A stretch of 64,000 bases of DNA from an uncultured Verrucomicrobiae bacterium (GCA_963735805.1 CAVTMK010000003.1:32001-96000), one strand, 5' to 3'. Shown: positions 30,014 through 40,065, counted from the stretch's first letter. Numbers and translations: made by a program. Notes: generated by a model not told the origin, from the letters alone.

Positions 30014-30748
30014 TTAGGCGCCCGGCGTCGGACTCTTACTGATCTTCGATTCCAGTAGCTCCACCATTTGTTTCGCCAGTTTCGGACCGATGCCGGCTTC
30101 CTCGTGCTTGAAGTAAATGAATGCGTCCGTCCAGTTGTCGGTCTGTTCCTGGACGAAATGCACCCAGCGTTCAACGTCGCTGTGTGCATAATCCTCACGC
30201 CGTAATCGTAAATAACCCCAGCCCGTCGTCGCCACTCTCGGCGTTTCCAACTTTTCAGTATCAGCGATACACAGCGCGGCGCCCCGCGTCCGCAATGCTT
30301 CAAAGACCTCGTCATCAAACCATGACTCGTGACGGAATTCGAATGCAGCGTGCATTCCGGCAGGAAGACCATTTAAGAAGTCGCCAAGCACAAAAGTCTC
30401 CTTCTTGAAGTTGGGCGGGAGTTGAAACAGCACTGGTCCCAATTTTTCGCCAAGCAATGAAACAACATCATAAAAATATCGCAGAGTATCTGCGCAATCG
30501 CGCAGTTTTAACCAATGCGTGATCTTCTGCGGCGCTTTTAACGCGAAGCGAAAATTGCCCGGAGTTAGCGCCTTCCAATTATCGATCGTCTTCGGCGCGG
30601 GAATCCGATGAAATGTGTAATTGATTTCCGTAGTCGAAAGTCGTTCTGCATAAAATGGCAGCATCTTTGCCGAGGGCAGGTCTTCCGGGTAAAAGTTTCC
30701 CTTCCACTCGGCATACTGAAACCCCGATGTACCGATCCAGCACTTCAT
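30014..30748 (-). CDS. DUF72-family protein
   Basis: WIGTSGFQY..W.GNFYP, TEINYTFH, FALKAPQKITH, LFQLPP, FEFRHESW. Confidence 0.92.
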   Translation of the reverse strand: MKCWIGTSGFQYAEWKGNFYPEDLPSAKMLPFYAERLSTTEINYTFHRIPAPKTIDNWKALTPGNFRFALKAPQKITHWLKLRDCADTLRYFYDVVSLLGEKLGPVLFQLPPNFKKETFVLGDFLNGLPAGMHAAFEFRHESWFDDEVFEALRTRGAALCIADTEKLETPRVATTGWGYLRLRREDYAHSDVERWVHFVQEQTDNWTDAFIYFKHEEAGIGPKLAKQMVELLESKISKSPTPGA

Positions 30749-30932
30749 AAAGGCGTCCAGACGAAAATTCCCCAGACAAAAGTCCGCTTCAAGGAGCAAG
30801 AAAGATTTTTTTCGCGTCCGCCGCTGAAGCTAAATCCGAATTTACTATAACGGCGTGTTCTTTGGGCCCGCTCCATTCAAGCGGGAGGAGAACATTTAGC
30901 AACGCCGCAACTAAACCAAGAAGGGGGAAATC

Positions 30933-31310
30933 ATGAAAAAAATGCTCTTAAGCATTGCTTTGATAGTGGTGGCATCAGTTGCGTGGGGGCAGACCACGCG
31001 GCAACCGCTCATGAACGAGCGAACAGTGCCGCAACAGCCGCAGCGGGCTGCAACCACCACAACAACCACTACGGAAGGAACAGGGACAATCACGGAATAC
31101 ACTCCGGGAAGTGCAATCGTCCTCCGGGAAAGCAGCGGACCGGTTCGCTATCGCTTCGGTAAGACGGTTACGTATGTGACTCGAAGCGGCAGGGTTCTGG
31201 ACGAAAATACGGTAAGAACGAGAGTCAAAGTCGGGACTCCCGTTCGCGTGCATTACATAGGAACAGGCCCCAACATGGCGGTCGATCGAGTGATCCTCGA
31301 AGAGGATTAA
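30933..31310 (+). CDS. Exported hypothetical protein with a poly-Thr linker and small beta-barrel-like domain
   Basis: AAGGGGG RBS; signal peptide AWG; GTITEY...VKVGTPVRVHY. Confidence 0.7.
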   Translation: MKKMLLSIALIVVASVAWGQTTRQPLMNERTVPQQPQRAATTTTTTTEGTGTITEYTPGSAIVLRESSGPVRYRFGKTVTYVTRSGRVLDENTVRTRVKVGTPVRVHYIGTGPNMAVDRVILEED

Positions 31311-31459
31311 TTTCTAAGCTCGTTTGTCTCCAGCGCGCCTTTCTGTTCTGCGCTCAGTGGAACGGTAAAGGCGCGCGTTGTTTGGAGACTGTACCATGAA
31401 GGTTTCGACTCGCTCGAACGCCGTTCAATGTTACATAAGTGTCGCCAACCGAAGATTTC

Positions 31460-32095
31460 ATGGCCACTGAAATGCTCGCTGCCCGCGCTATAAGCATTTT
31501 GCACGACTGGGTGCCGTCCGAGAGTTTGCGCAAACATTGCTATGCCGTTGCCGACTCGATGAAGCATTTTGCCAAAGTGCGCGGAGAAGATGGCGATCTA
31601 TGGGAAGCAGTAGGTCTTCTGCACGACATGGATTATGAACGCCATCCCAACCTTGAACGCAGCTCCACTGAAGGCCACCCATTCGTGGGAGTTGCATGGC
31701 TTCGCGATCACGGATGGAGCGAAGAAGTCTGCCGCGCGATTCTTTCGCACGCAGACTACGCCAACGTTTCGCGTCAAACGCCTCTCGAAAAAACGCTCTA
31801 CGCAGTTGATGAACTAAGCAGCTTCGCCGTCGCCGTCGCGTTGGTTCGGCCAACAAAGAGTATTCACGATGTCGACGTTCGAGCCGTAAAAAAGAAGATG
31901 AAAGACAAAGCGTTCGCCCGGGCTGTGAACCGCGAGGACATCCTTCGCGGTGCGGAGCAACTTGGCATGCCAATCGACACTGTCATCGCCGAGGTGATTA
32001 CGGCGCTGAAAACCGATGCAGCGCGTCTCGGTCTGGTGGGAACCACTGAAGGCCCCTCTAAAGAACAAGCAGGTTTTGCTGGCACTGCGTCCTAG
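31460..32095 (+). CDS. HD-domain (HDIG-like) hydrolase
   Basis: SLRKHCYAV, GLLHDMDYE, AILSHA, LYAVDEL, KKMKDKAFARAVNR. Confidence 0.88.
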   Translation: MATEMLAARAISILHDWVPSESLRKHCYAVADSMKHFAKVRGEDGDLWEAVGLLHDMDYERHPNLERSSTEGHPFVGVAWLRDHGWSEEVCRAILSHADYANVSRQTPLEKTLYAVDELSSFAVAVALVRPTKSIHDVDVRAVKKKMKDKAFARAVNREDILRGAEQLGMPIDTVIAEVITALKTDAARLGLVGTTEGPSKEQAGFAGTAS

Positions 32096-32901
32096 AGTTT
32101 TTCGGCAACAATCTCCAATACCAACGGTGTGATCATCAGCGCATTCGGATTCCTTTCCGCTTTGTCCAGTTCGTCGCGAACTTGCTCCGCGAACGCTTGA
32201 TTAATGCGCCCCATTTCAATCAACCGGGGAAGATAGGTCTCAATAAATGTGGCCGGCCACTGCCACATGTAATCCCTTGGACGGACACAAAACAGGTGCG
32301 GCCTGGCAGCTCGGATTACGAACGCGTGCGCGGGAAGCAGCGTTGCCAGTACTACTGCTCCGTCAGGTTCGCCGCCTGATTCACGCCACGTTGCAATCAC
32401 ATGTTCGCGGAAGCGTTCCTGATTTGGCAAACGCGGGAAAAAATGCCAGCTCTCATAATGGCCGTACTCATGGAAAATCGCCACGCTGCCTCTGCGCATG
32501 ACACCGCTCAGCTTTCTGATCAACAACGCGGGATCAGTCACAAACGACATGACCCATCGGCACCATGAGAAATCGTAATTTGCCTTTGGTACGTCACCTG
32601 TCATTAGATCCAGTTCGTGAATCTTCACATTTGAGAGGGATCGCGTGCGGCATGTCTCTTCCATTGCGTGGATGAAATTCTGCGAGCGTTCAAGCGCGAC
32701 AACTTCACCCGTCGGACCTACAATTTCGGCAAGATCGACCGCTGCATATCCCGGGCCTGCGCCGACGTCCAGTACCCGTTTCCCTACGGTAATGCCAGCT
32801 CTCTGCCAGCAATCTAAAACCACCGAACGCCAGACAAGGTGTTGCAATCCGAGCCTCGCCAATTCCTCATTGTGGGTACCCAGGACATAATCGCGATCCA
32901 C
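32092..32901 (-). CDS. Class I SAM-dependent methyltransferase
   Basis: DYVLGT..ELARL; VLDVGAGPG; YDFSWCRWV. Confidence 0.88.
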   Translation of the reverse strand: MDRDYVLGTHNEELARLGLQHLVWRSVVLDCWQRAGITVGKRVLDVGAGPGYAAVDLAEIVGPTGEVVALERSQNFIHAMEETCRTRSLSNVKIHELDLMTGDVPKANYDFSWCRWVMSFVTDPALLIRKLSGVMRRGSVAIFHEYGHYESWHFFPRLPNQERFREHVIATWRESGGEPDGAVVLATLLPAHAFVIRAARPHLFCVRPRDYMWQWPATFIETYLPRLIEMGRINQAFAEQVRDELDKAERNPNALMITPLVLEIVAEKL

Positions 32902-33051
32902 GATTAGAAGCTAGGCGTTCGTGGCGTAGATGCATCGACGAATTTCAGGCACCAAAATCCCAAAGCCGCCGGCATAAACGATTCCATTGCGTACCAACGT
33001 CAGACTGGCGTTTTCGGGCATTATCCTCGACAATAGAAACGGCGTTTACCT

Positions 33052-33510
33052 ATGGATTACGAGATTCGACCCCTCCTGGCCAACGACGAACCGATTTTGC
33101 GGGAAATGGTTTATCAAGGACTCTCCTCCATTGGTAACCACCAACCTTCCCGCGAGATCCTGCAGCGACCGGAGTTCTCCCATTATGCCGAGGCCTGGGG
33201 CCGCGCCGGGGATACAGGGTTCGTCGCGCACGATAAGAAGGACGGGTCAGTGGTCGGGGCCGTTTGGTTGCGCAAACCGATGGACAAACCTGACGCACCG
33301 CTGGAACTCGCCTTTGCGGTGAAACCAGAACATCGTCGACATGGTATCGGCACGGCTCTCCTAACACAGCTAGTGCGTGCCAATCCTCATGAGTCAACAA
33401 TTTCGGTCAGCCTCGTTGCTGGCAAACCGGTGTTACGCCTTTATGAACGATTTGGATTCAAGGTTGCCGAGGAAGGACCGAAAGTCATCGTAATGCGAAG
33501 ACAGGTGTAG
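33052..33510 (+). CDS. GNAT N-acetyltransferase
   Basis: AVKPEHRRHGIGTALL; RLYERFGF. Confidence 0.85.
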   Translation: MDYEIRPLLANDEPILREMVYQGLSSIGNHQPSREILQRPEFSHYAEAWGRAGDTGFVAHDKKDGSVVGAVWLRKPMDKPDAPLELAFAVKPEHRRHGIGTALLTQLVRANPHESTISVSLVAGKPVLRLYERFGFKVAEEGPKVIVMRRQV

Positions 33511-33571
33511 AGCACTGCCGTTGATGCGCTAACGAAAGGCCGGCTGGCGCAACCGCACCATGACAACAAGC

Positions 33572-34738
33572 TCAAGGCGCAAAGATCAACAGCACAAAGA
33601 CGGCAAAGAGAAGCAAGTGGACGCAGCCCTGCAGAATATTCGTCTTTCTGCTTGTAAACGTAACCACGCTCACTGCCAATGTTAACAAAAGCAATGGTAA
33701 GTTGCCGCCTTCTACCCCGAGCGTGACCGGTCGTTTCGTGATCAGGCTGATACCCAACACCGCGGGGATTGTGAGTCCAATGGTTGCAAGCACAGAACCG
33801 AGCAGGATGTTGATAGAGCGCTGCAACTGATTGCGCAAAGTGGCCTGGACGGCGCCAATTCCCTCCGGTGTAAGCACCAGAGCAGCGATCATTGCGCCTC
33901 CAAACTCCTGAGGCATGCCAAATTTCTCGATGCTGTTGTCCAATGGGATGGCAAACTTTTCCGCCAATAAAATTACAATGACCAGATAAAGAAGGAGCAT
34001 CGGCGCGTGAAAAGCTGTCGACTGCACGCGCAGTGAGTGATGATCCGGACCTGTCGTCACAGCTGCCTGCTCTGATTCCATGAAATAGCCGCGGTGCCGC
34101 ATCGTCTGGATGAGCAGGAAAATCGCATAAAGAAATAGCGACACCACAAGGAGAAAGATTTGCTGTTCAGTGGAAAAAGTTGAGTCGCCCGTGGAGGTAG
34201 TGAAGTTTGGCAGGACCAGGCCTAGCACGGCCATGGTCATGATCACGTTAAGATAGGAGTTAACGCCCTGCAGATTGTAATACTGCTCGCCGTGGCGTAG
34301 CCCGCCCAACAGCAGGACCAGGCCGACAAACCCGTTGAGAGCAATCATGATCACGGAAAAAATCGAGTCCCGCCCCAGGGTAGGATTATTTTCGCCATGC
34401 AACATCGCGGTAGAAACCATCACCACTTCGATAGCGATCGCCGACAGCGTCAGGACCAGGGTCCCGTAAGGCTCGCCCCATTTGATCGCAAGACAGTCGG
34501 CGTGTCGTGCAACGGACACGGCAGACCAAAGAATAACGCCAAAAAGCCAAAAAAAGACGACAATCAGCCCTACTGGATGCGCGACGATTTCGACCAGCCG
34601 ACTTCCCGTGCTCCAGAAAACGGCGACCGTCCCCACGCCAATCAGCAGAGGGAACTCACTGCGCATGGCCCCTCTCAATTCCCGAGCGCCTTTGATTTGC
34701 CCAGCCGGTTTTGCCTTTTGAGACACGCGCGCGAGCAT
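33572..34738 (-). CDS. chaA: Ca2+/H+ antiporter, ChaA family; start uncertain
   Basis: GEPYGTLVLTLS..IEV; LVLTPEG; LGSVLATIGLTIPAV; many TM helices. Confidence 0.85.
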   Translation of the reverse strand: MLARVSQKAKPAGQIKGARELRGAMRSEFPLLIGVGTVAVFWSTGSRLVEIVAHPVGLIVVFFWLFGVILWSAVSVARHADCLAIKWGEPYGTLVLTLSAIAIEVVMVSTAMLHGENNPTLGRDSIFSVIMIALNGFVGLVLLLGGLRHGEQYYNLQGVNSYLNVIMTMAVLGLVLPNFTTSTGDSTFSTEQQIFLLVVSLFLYAIFLLIQTMRHRGYFMESEQAAVTTGPDHHSLRVQSTAFHAPMLLLYLVIVILLAEKFAIPLDNSIEKFGMPQEFGGAMIAALVLTPEGIGAVQATLRNQLQRSINILLGSVLATIGLTIPAVLGISLITKRPVTLGVEGGNLPLLLLTLAVSVVTFTSRKTNILQGCVHLLLFAVFVLLIFAP

Positions 34739-34871
34739 ATCGAGTCCATTCCGGTCATGCAATCAAGCGATAGCGCGTGGACAACTAGAAGCGCCAGTAA
34801 CTCAACCTCCAGAATCCAAACAAAACCCAATTCCCGATTTGGTGCTCGTGAGTGTCCACTGGTCCCCGCTG

Positions 34872-34998
34872 TGTCATCCCGAGCCCGCGAAGACGGCGAG
34901 GAACCTTTCGCAGGATGGTTGATCACGCTTTGATCCCATCTGTGATCAACGGCTGCAAGGAAGATCCCTCGCCGCGCTTCGCCAATCTCGGGATGACA
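34872..34998. repeat. 127-bp nested palindromic element (TGTCATCCCGAG...CTCGGGATGACA; REP/MITE-like)
   Basis: Perfect 12-bp terminal inverted repeat plus inner GCGAAG/CTTCGC, CGGCGAGG/CCTCGCCG, GTTGATCAC/GTGATCAAC. Confidence 0.85.
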
Positions 34999-35038
34999 AC
35001 AACAGCGACTTTCGAAAGAATTTCGCGACGAGGAGCGC

Positions 35039-35419
35039 CTACTCTTTCTTTTGTGCTAAAGGCAGAAATTCTTCTCGCACAACTTTACCGTCTTTCACCT
35101 TATAGATTCCAATCTCGGACATCTGCATTCGTTTCTTGGACGCTTTCTCGGTCACATCCACGTCGAACTGCACGACAAAAGTATCCCGGGCTACAAACGG
35201 ACCGCCGGCTTTCGAACTGTGCACCTCGAAATTCTTCTCCCACCACTCAGTTTTTCCGCGCACTTGATCGAGTCCGCGCATTTCCGCCGGCATATTTTCC
35301 ATCGGGTGCGGTTCCACGCTGACGATATCTTTCGCATACAGGTCGTCCACCGCCTTCATCCATTCTCCTTTTCGGCAATAGTCCACCAGTTTTGTTGCGA
35401 CTTCTTCTGTAGTATTCAT
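35039..35419 (-). CDS. SnoaL-like/NTF2 protein (paralog of 61568..61936)
   Basis: LYAKDIVSVE..., SEIGIYKVKDGKVVREEF. Confidence 0.85.
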   Translation of the reverse strand: MNTTEEVATKLVDYCRKGEWMKAVDDLYAKDIVSVEPHPMENMPAEMRGLDQVRGKTEWWEKNFEVHSSKAGGPFVARDTFVVQFDVDVTEKASKKRMQMSEIGIYKVKDGKVVREEFLPLAQKKE

Positions 35420-35554
35420 CCTTTCTCCTTATTTTTGATTAGGAATTGTTCAACCGATATTTGTGTAACATCATTTTCACTTTGGCGCCGATCCAACGGG
35501 TAGGGACGCCGCCGAACAGCTCGTAAGCTGCGAAGCTCAAAAAGGCGGATCCTA

Positions 35555-35851
35555 TTAGCCACCCGCAATTGCACCGATGATTACAAACGGTTCGGAGCCC
35601 TTTGCAATCGCTTCGGGCAGCAGAGCATCAGGAGATTCGTGAGACAAATCTTCTCCGCAGGCAAAAAAACGCACCAGCGGTCGACGGAGTTGCGTAACGT
35701 GATCGCGCATTGTCCCGCGCAGCATGGGATATCGACTTTCGAGTTCGTCCAGTATCGACCTCTGGGTCACACTGGCGTTAACATTGAGTTCCACATCGCC
35801 ATCGACGTGCGCCAACGTACGCAGATGCGGCGGTAGAACTACGCGAATCAC
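35555..35851 (-). CDS. MoaD/ThiS-family ubiquitin-like protein
   Basis: Beta-grasp pattern IRVVLP..LR; C-terminal IAGG; GTG start overlaps the upstream stop. Confidence 0.88.
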   Translation of the reverse strand: MIRVVLPPHLRTLAHVDGDVELNVNASVTQRSILDELESRYPMLRGTMRDHVTQLRRPLVRFFACGEDLSHESPDALLPEAIAKGSEPFVIIGAIAGG

Positions 35852-37014
35852 GGCAACGTTTGCACCTCGACTGAAAGCACGGCCGGCAAATCGCGCACAA
35901 TTGGCTTCCAGCTATCACCCGAATCGGCCGATGCGTAAACCTGGCCACCGGTCGTTCCAAAATAAATCCCACACGGCTCGAGCGAATCCACAGACATGGC
36001 ATCACGCAGAACGTTCACGTAACAATTGCGTTGCGGCAGGCCTTTCGTGAGCGGCTCCCATTCATTACCACCGGTCCGGCTGCGATACACACGCAGCCTG
36101 CTGCTGGGCGGATAATGCTCAGAATCGCTCTTGATCGGGACCACGTAAATTGTCTCCGGCTCATGCGCGTGTACGTCGATCGGAAAACCAAAATCGGTTG
36201 GTAAATTTCCACTGACCTCCCGCCATGAGTCACCGCCGTTATCGCTGCGCATCACGTCCCAATGTTTTTGCATGAACAGCGTGTCTGGACGCGATCGGTG
36301 CATCGCAATGCGATGGACGCAATGGCCAACCTCGGCGGTCGGGTCGGGAATATATTCTGAATGCAACCCCTGATTGATCGGTTTCCACGTTTTTCCGCCG
36401 TCATCGGTCCGGAACGCGCCCGCGGCCGAGATCGCTACATAAATTCGTTGGGGGTCCTTCGGATCGAGTAGAATTGTATGTAGACACATTCCGCCGGCAC
36501 CCGGTTGCCATTTCGGCCCGGTATCGTGTTCCCGGAGACCGGACAATTCGTTCCAGGATTTGCCGCCGTCTTTGGATTCGAATAGCGCCGCGTCCTCGAC
36601 GCCGGCATAAACATGGCCGGGGTCATCCAGCGACGGTTCCAGATGCCAGACACGCTTGAATTCCCAGGGATGCTGAGTGCCGTCATACCATTGATGTGTG
36701 CCCGGGACACCGTCATAGACAAACTTGTTGCTTTCGCCTTTCAGCATGCCGTCGGGACTTTTTAGGTCCTCCGAGCTGCTCCCGGGCGTGTTCCAGGATT
36801 TTCCTCCGTCGTCGGAACGCTGAATGATTTGCCCGAACCACCCGCTGGTTTGCGACGCGTAAATTCGATTCGGATCGGCTGGCGAACCTTTGATATGATA
36901 AATCTCCCACCCCGCAAAATGCGGACCACTGACTTTCCAGCGTTTACGCGCGCCGTCTGCGGTCAGGATAAACGCCCCTTTTCGTGTGCCAACTAAAACC
37001 CGTATTTTGCTCAT
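35848..37014 (-). CDS. Cytoplasmic BNR/Asp-box beta-propeller (sialidase-like fold)
   Basis: Asp boxes [45 protein letters not shown]; no signal peptide. Confidence 0.88.
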   Translation of the reverse strand: MSKIRVLVGTRKGAFILTADGARKRWKVSGPHFAGWEIYHIKGSPADPNRIYASQTSGWFGQIIQRSDDGGKSWNTPGSSSEDLKSPDGMLKGESNKFVYDGVPGTHQWYDGTQHPWEFKRVWHLEPSLDDPGHVYAGVEDAALFESKDGGKSWNELSGLREHDTGPKWQPGAGGMCLHTILLDPKDPQRIYVAISAAGAFRTDDGGKTWKPINQGLHSEYIPDPTAEVGHCVHRIAMHRSRPDTLFMQKHWDVMRSDNGGDSWREVSGNLPTDFGFPIDVHAHEPETIYVVPIKSDSEHYPPSSRLRVYRSRTGGNEWEPLTKGLPQRNCYVNVLRDAMSVDSLEPCGIYFGTTGGQVYASADSGDSWKPIVRDLPAVLSVEVQTLP

Positions 37015-37029
37015 CTGTTCCGTACTAAG

Positions 37030-37380
37030 TTAACGATCTGTTGGGATGTCCCAACCAAAATAGACTTCTGCGCTTACAATCTTGTTGTTTTTAATCCGCA
37101 GAATTTCCGTATTGCGACCTTTCTCTCCATTCGGCTTCTTCATTTCATAGGTTACAACGACTTCATCGTCATGTTCGATGAGCCGCAAAAAATTGAACTT
37201 TTGACGCTGCCCGGCTCCGGACCAGCATTTCGCGAAATATCCAGCACGATCGAGCCCCACATCGAGCGGACTGGAGAAAGTGAAATCCTCGGCAAGATGC
37301 TGCTCAAAAAATTTCCGATCGCCGGACGCAAACGCTTCGTACGATTGCCGAGTCAACTGTCGTGGGCTGATTTCTACCAT
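37030..37380 (-). CDS. SnoaL-like/NTF2 protein
   Basis: LAEDFTFSSP.D..LDRAGYF..CW; RNTE; AEVYFGW. Confidence 0.82.
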   Translation of the reverse strand: MVEISPRQLTRQSYEAFASGDRKFFEQHLAEDFTFSSPLDVGLDRAGYFAKCWSGAGQRQKFNFLRLIEHDDEVVVTYEMKKPNGEKGRNTEILRIKNNKIVSAEVYFGWDIPTDR

Positions 37381-37533
37381 AATCTTGTTAAGTCTGGTTT
37401 TCGACTATTCGTGCTTTGATTAGCCTCTTAAGAAGTTCGTCCGGTAACGGTTTATCTGGAGCGAAACGAATCGTGCCATTGCCAGTCTGAAAATTCTTTA
37501 GGTCAGCCCGAAATTTTTTCAACGTGGCGGATT

Positions 37534-38022
37534 TCATTTCCCTGCGTACGCTTCCTTTAACTTTTTGATGTCGATTTTCTCCATTTGAAGCATCGCCTTC
37601 ATCACTCTTTCGGACTTTTTCGGGTCCTTGTCGTGTAACATCTCAATCAGCACAGTGGGCGTGATCTGCCAGGACAAACCGAACTTGTCTCTCAGCCAGC
37701 CGCACGCGGATTCCTGGCCGCCGTCCACGATGAGTTTCTGCCAGAAGTAATCCACTTCGTCCTGAGTCTCGCAGTCCACGACGAACGACACTGATTCATT
37801 GAACTTAAATTGTGGGCCGCCGTTGAGGGCCGTGAATTTCTGACCTTCAATCTCAAATTCGATAGTCAGCACCGATCCCACCGGCCGACTGGCAGCCTTT
37901 GCTGACGCCTGATCGTAGCGAAGAATTTTGCCGACTTTAGAATTTTCAAAAATGGAGGTGTAAAATTTCGCTGCCTCCTCGGCCTGGCTATCAAACCACA
38001 AAAATGGCGTGAGTTTTTGCAT
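37534..38022 (-). CDS. VOC-family protein (PhnB/3-dmu-9_3-mt type)
   Basis: AAAGGAG RBS; MQKLTPFLWFDSQAEEAA; ALNGGP.FKFNESVSF; CGWLRDKFGLSWQI. Confidence 0.9.
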   Translation of the reverse strand: MQKLTPFLWFDSQAEEAAKFYTSIFENSKVGKILRYDQASAKAASRPVGSVLTIEFEIEGQKFTALNGGPQFKFNESVSFVVDCETQDEVDYFWQKLIVDGGQESACGWLRDKFGLSWQITPTVLIEMLHDKDPKKSERVMKAMLQMEKIDIKKLKEAYAGK

Positions 38023-38027
38023 CCTGT

Positions 38028-38462
38028 TTACTCCTTTGTTGGTAGTGGCGGGTATTGCTCGAATTTGGGGATCTTGGGATCCATTTGATCCCACGGTTGC
38101 GCATCGGAAACGAACAGGTCCATTTGTGGCTGAAACCAAGTCGGATCGTCGAGGCTGCCTGCCAGGATTCCGATAAACGGCGAGTCGCCCTTTTCGAATT
38201 CGCCTCCCGTAATTCGAGATCCGCACTCTGGACAGAAACCCCTCTTGTGCCTCCCGCGTCTGATGCTGGGTGTAAAATGGTAGCGCAATTGTCCGCTCGT
38301 TAGCCGAAATGCCGTTCGCGGCAGCAACATTCCCGGAGCGAATCCGCTACCAGTCCCTTGCTGGCAATCGCGGCAATGACATTTGAACATCATGATTGGT
38401 TCCGCCGTGCATTCATAACGAGTAGCGCCGCACGAGCACCCACCAGTAAAAGGAATCTTCGT
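38028..38462 (-). CDS. GFA-family protein with a non-canonical (ACG) or mutated start
   Basis: In-frame ACG-KIPFTGGCSCGATRY upstream of the first ATG (38393); CHCRDCQ; FCPECGS. Confidence 0.75.
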   Translation of the reverse strand, partial: TKIPFTGGCSCGATRYECTAEPIMMFKCHCRDCQQGTGSGFAPGMLLPRTAFRLTSGQLRYHFTPSIRRGRHKRGFCPECGSRITGGEFEKGDSPFIGILAGSLDDPTWFQPQMDLFVSDAQPWDQMDPKIPKFEQYPPLPTKE

Positions 38463-38582
38463 GTCTATTAGTCTTTTATTTTCTAACCTAAATTCGTCTC
38501 GTTCAGATTCTCGATCTCACTCCGCGATCGGTGTTGACTTGTTCAAACGCAACTGTTGTCGGCCCGCGTTCGTTCTGTTTGA

Positions 38583-38957
38583 TTACTTTGCCTTTGAATT
38601 CGGCTCGATAATTCCAAAGACGTTGCCGGCCGGATCTTCAGCGTACGCCAGCCAGCCAATTTTCGGGATCGCCATCTTCGGTACGCAAACTTTTCCGCCG
38701 CGCTCCTCGATCTTGTTAATCGTTCGATCTAACGATTCGACCGCGATCGTATTTAGCGTGCCCGGACTCTGCCCTTCGCGCGGACGGGTAAGTCCACCGT
38801 TAATGCCCGGCTCGTTGTCACCGCCCGTCGTGACAAGCCAATACTCGATTGGGCCGCCTTCGAATTTGTTAAACTTCCAGCCAAATACATCCTGGTAAAA
38901 AGGCTGAACCAATTCCGGGTCATCTGTATAAATTTCAAAATGCGTGACGCGATTCAT
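38583..38957 (-). CDS. VOC/glyoxalase-family protein
   Basis: MNRVTHFEI..DDP; PGINGGL; EDPAGNVFGI. Confidence 0.9.
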   Translation of the reverse strand: MNRVTHFEIYTDDPELVQPFYQDVFGWKFNKFEGGPIEYWLVTTGGDNEPGINGGLTRPREGQSPGTLNTIAVESLDRTINKIEERGGKVCVPKMAIPKIGWLAYAEDPAGNVFGIIEPNSKAK

Positions 38958-38980
38958 CACATCCTCCTTTTGTAAACCGC

Positions 38981-39721
38981 TTAGTATTCGTCGTGCCGCC
39001 GCACCCACTCCATCGTAAAATCGAGGTGGTCCTCATCGCGACCATTTGGAACGAGATCGAGAAAATTGTACGTGCCGACCAGGTTGTCGAGGCCGCGGGC
39101 ATACGTGGAATAGGTGTGAAATACGTCGGCGTTCTCGTCCTTGTAGAAGACGCTCAACCCGGGAAGCTCGTCCGTTATAAATTCTCCCTTTAGGTAGTTG
39201 TAGTAGGCTTCGTTCTTCTTCTCATCTTCCTTCGTGAACGAGACGTGATAGTCAAAATTGAAATCGTTGCCGTGCGACGAAAACCAGTTAAAACGCCAAC
39301 CCATTCGCTTTTTGTATGCTTCGAGTTTCGACAAAGGCGCGCGGGAGATGACAGCGAAGGCTACGTCACGATGCGGAAGATGCCAGTTTGCGCCGTCGAA
39401 ATGATCCGCCAGATACGAGCAGCTCTTACAGCCCTCCTCCCAATGAGGGCCAAACATGAAGTGATAGACGATCAATTGACTTTGGTGGCCGAAAAGGTCG
39501 GCCAGTGTTTCTTTGCCACTAGGCCCATTGAAAACGTACTCTTTTTCGACTTTGACCCACGGCAGCTCCCGTCGGTGGCAACTCACTTCATCGCGCAACC
39601 GCGTCAGTTCCTTCTCCCGTGTCAGCAAATCCTTGCGAGCAACGAGCCATTCGGCTTCTGACACAACTTTAGGATTCACTTCGCTTGCGTCTGTTTTCGT
39701 TTCCAATGTCTCGGTTTTCAT
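38981..39721 (-). CDS. DUF899 thioredoxin-like protein
   Basis: EWLVARKDLL.REKE; RRELPWV; QLIVYHFMFGP; GCKSCS; HTYSTYARG; WVRRHDEY. Confidence 0.92.
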   Translation of the reverse strand: MKTETLETKTDASEVNPKVVSEAEWLVARKDLLTREKELTRLRDEVSCHRRELPWVKVEKEYVFNGPSGKETLADLFGHQSQLIVYHFMFGPHWEEGCKSCSYLADHFDGANWHLPHRDVAFAVISRAPLSKLEAYKKRMGWRFNWFSSHGNDFNFDYHVSFTKEDEKKNEAYYNYLKGEFITDELPGLSVFYKDENADVFHTYSTYARGLDNLVGTYNFLDLVPNGRDEDHLDFTMEWVRRHDEY

Positions 39722-39860
39722 TTTGTCTTGTTTCGTTTGTTTGATGATTTCGGTCGGGTTTAAAAAAGAATCTCTTCACAGCAAAGGCGCCCAGCCAAGC
39801 GGCTGAAGTCGTGCCGGCTGTAGTCAGCATCAAATAATTTGTCACACACGCCGGGCACAT
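39669..39860 (-). CDS. Small N-terminal CxxC peptide (MCPAC...)
   Basis: ATG 25 nt below an ECF promoter; CPAC + hydrophobic segment + basic tail; precedes DUF899. Confidence 0.55.
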   Translation of the reverse strand: MCPACVTNYLMLTTAGTTSAAWLGAFAVKRFFFKPDRNHQTNETRQNENRDIGNENRRKRSES

Positions 39861-39884
39861 AGGTTGATGGTTCAGCTTCAGTAA

Positions 39885-39915
39885 ATACGACGAATAAAAA
39901 AGGCAGTTCAGGACA
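39885..39915 (-). promoter_or_regulatory. ECF42-type promoter, copy 3
   Basis: TGTCCTGA-N13-TTCGTCGTAT. Confidence 0.8.
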
Positions 39916-40065
39916 TTTCATTCAATGGCCAGTCAATAAGCGTGAACAAGGCCACTTTGCCCAGCGACATCGATCCTCTGCCCGTACAGCAACTTCACGT
40001 GGCCAATTCGTCCTACGACGAACCAACGAACGCGTGTTCTTTCGCTCTGCTTTCCGGGAGGAAAT

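Noticed and set aside
37461..37492. TTCGTT upstream of the SnoaL-BNR-Ubl genes as a fourth ECF42 promoter
   Set aside because: Lacks the TGTCC -35 element at the required spacing.
39924..39958. AATGGCC..GGCCACTT as another MocR operator
   Set aside because: Spacing differs from the 19113-19166 site; chance match likely.
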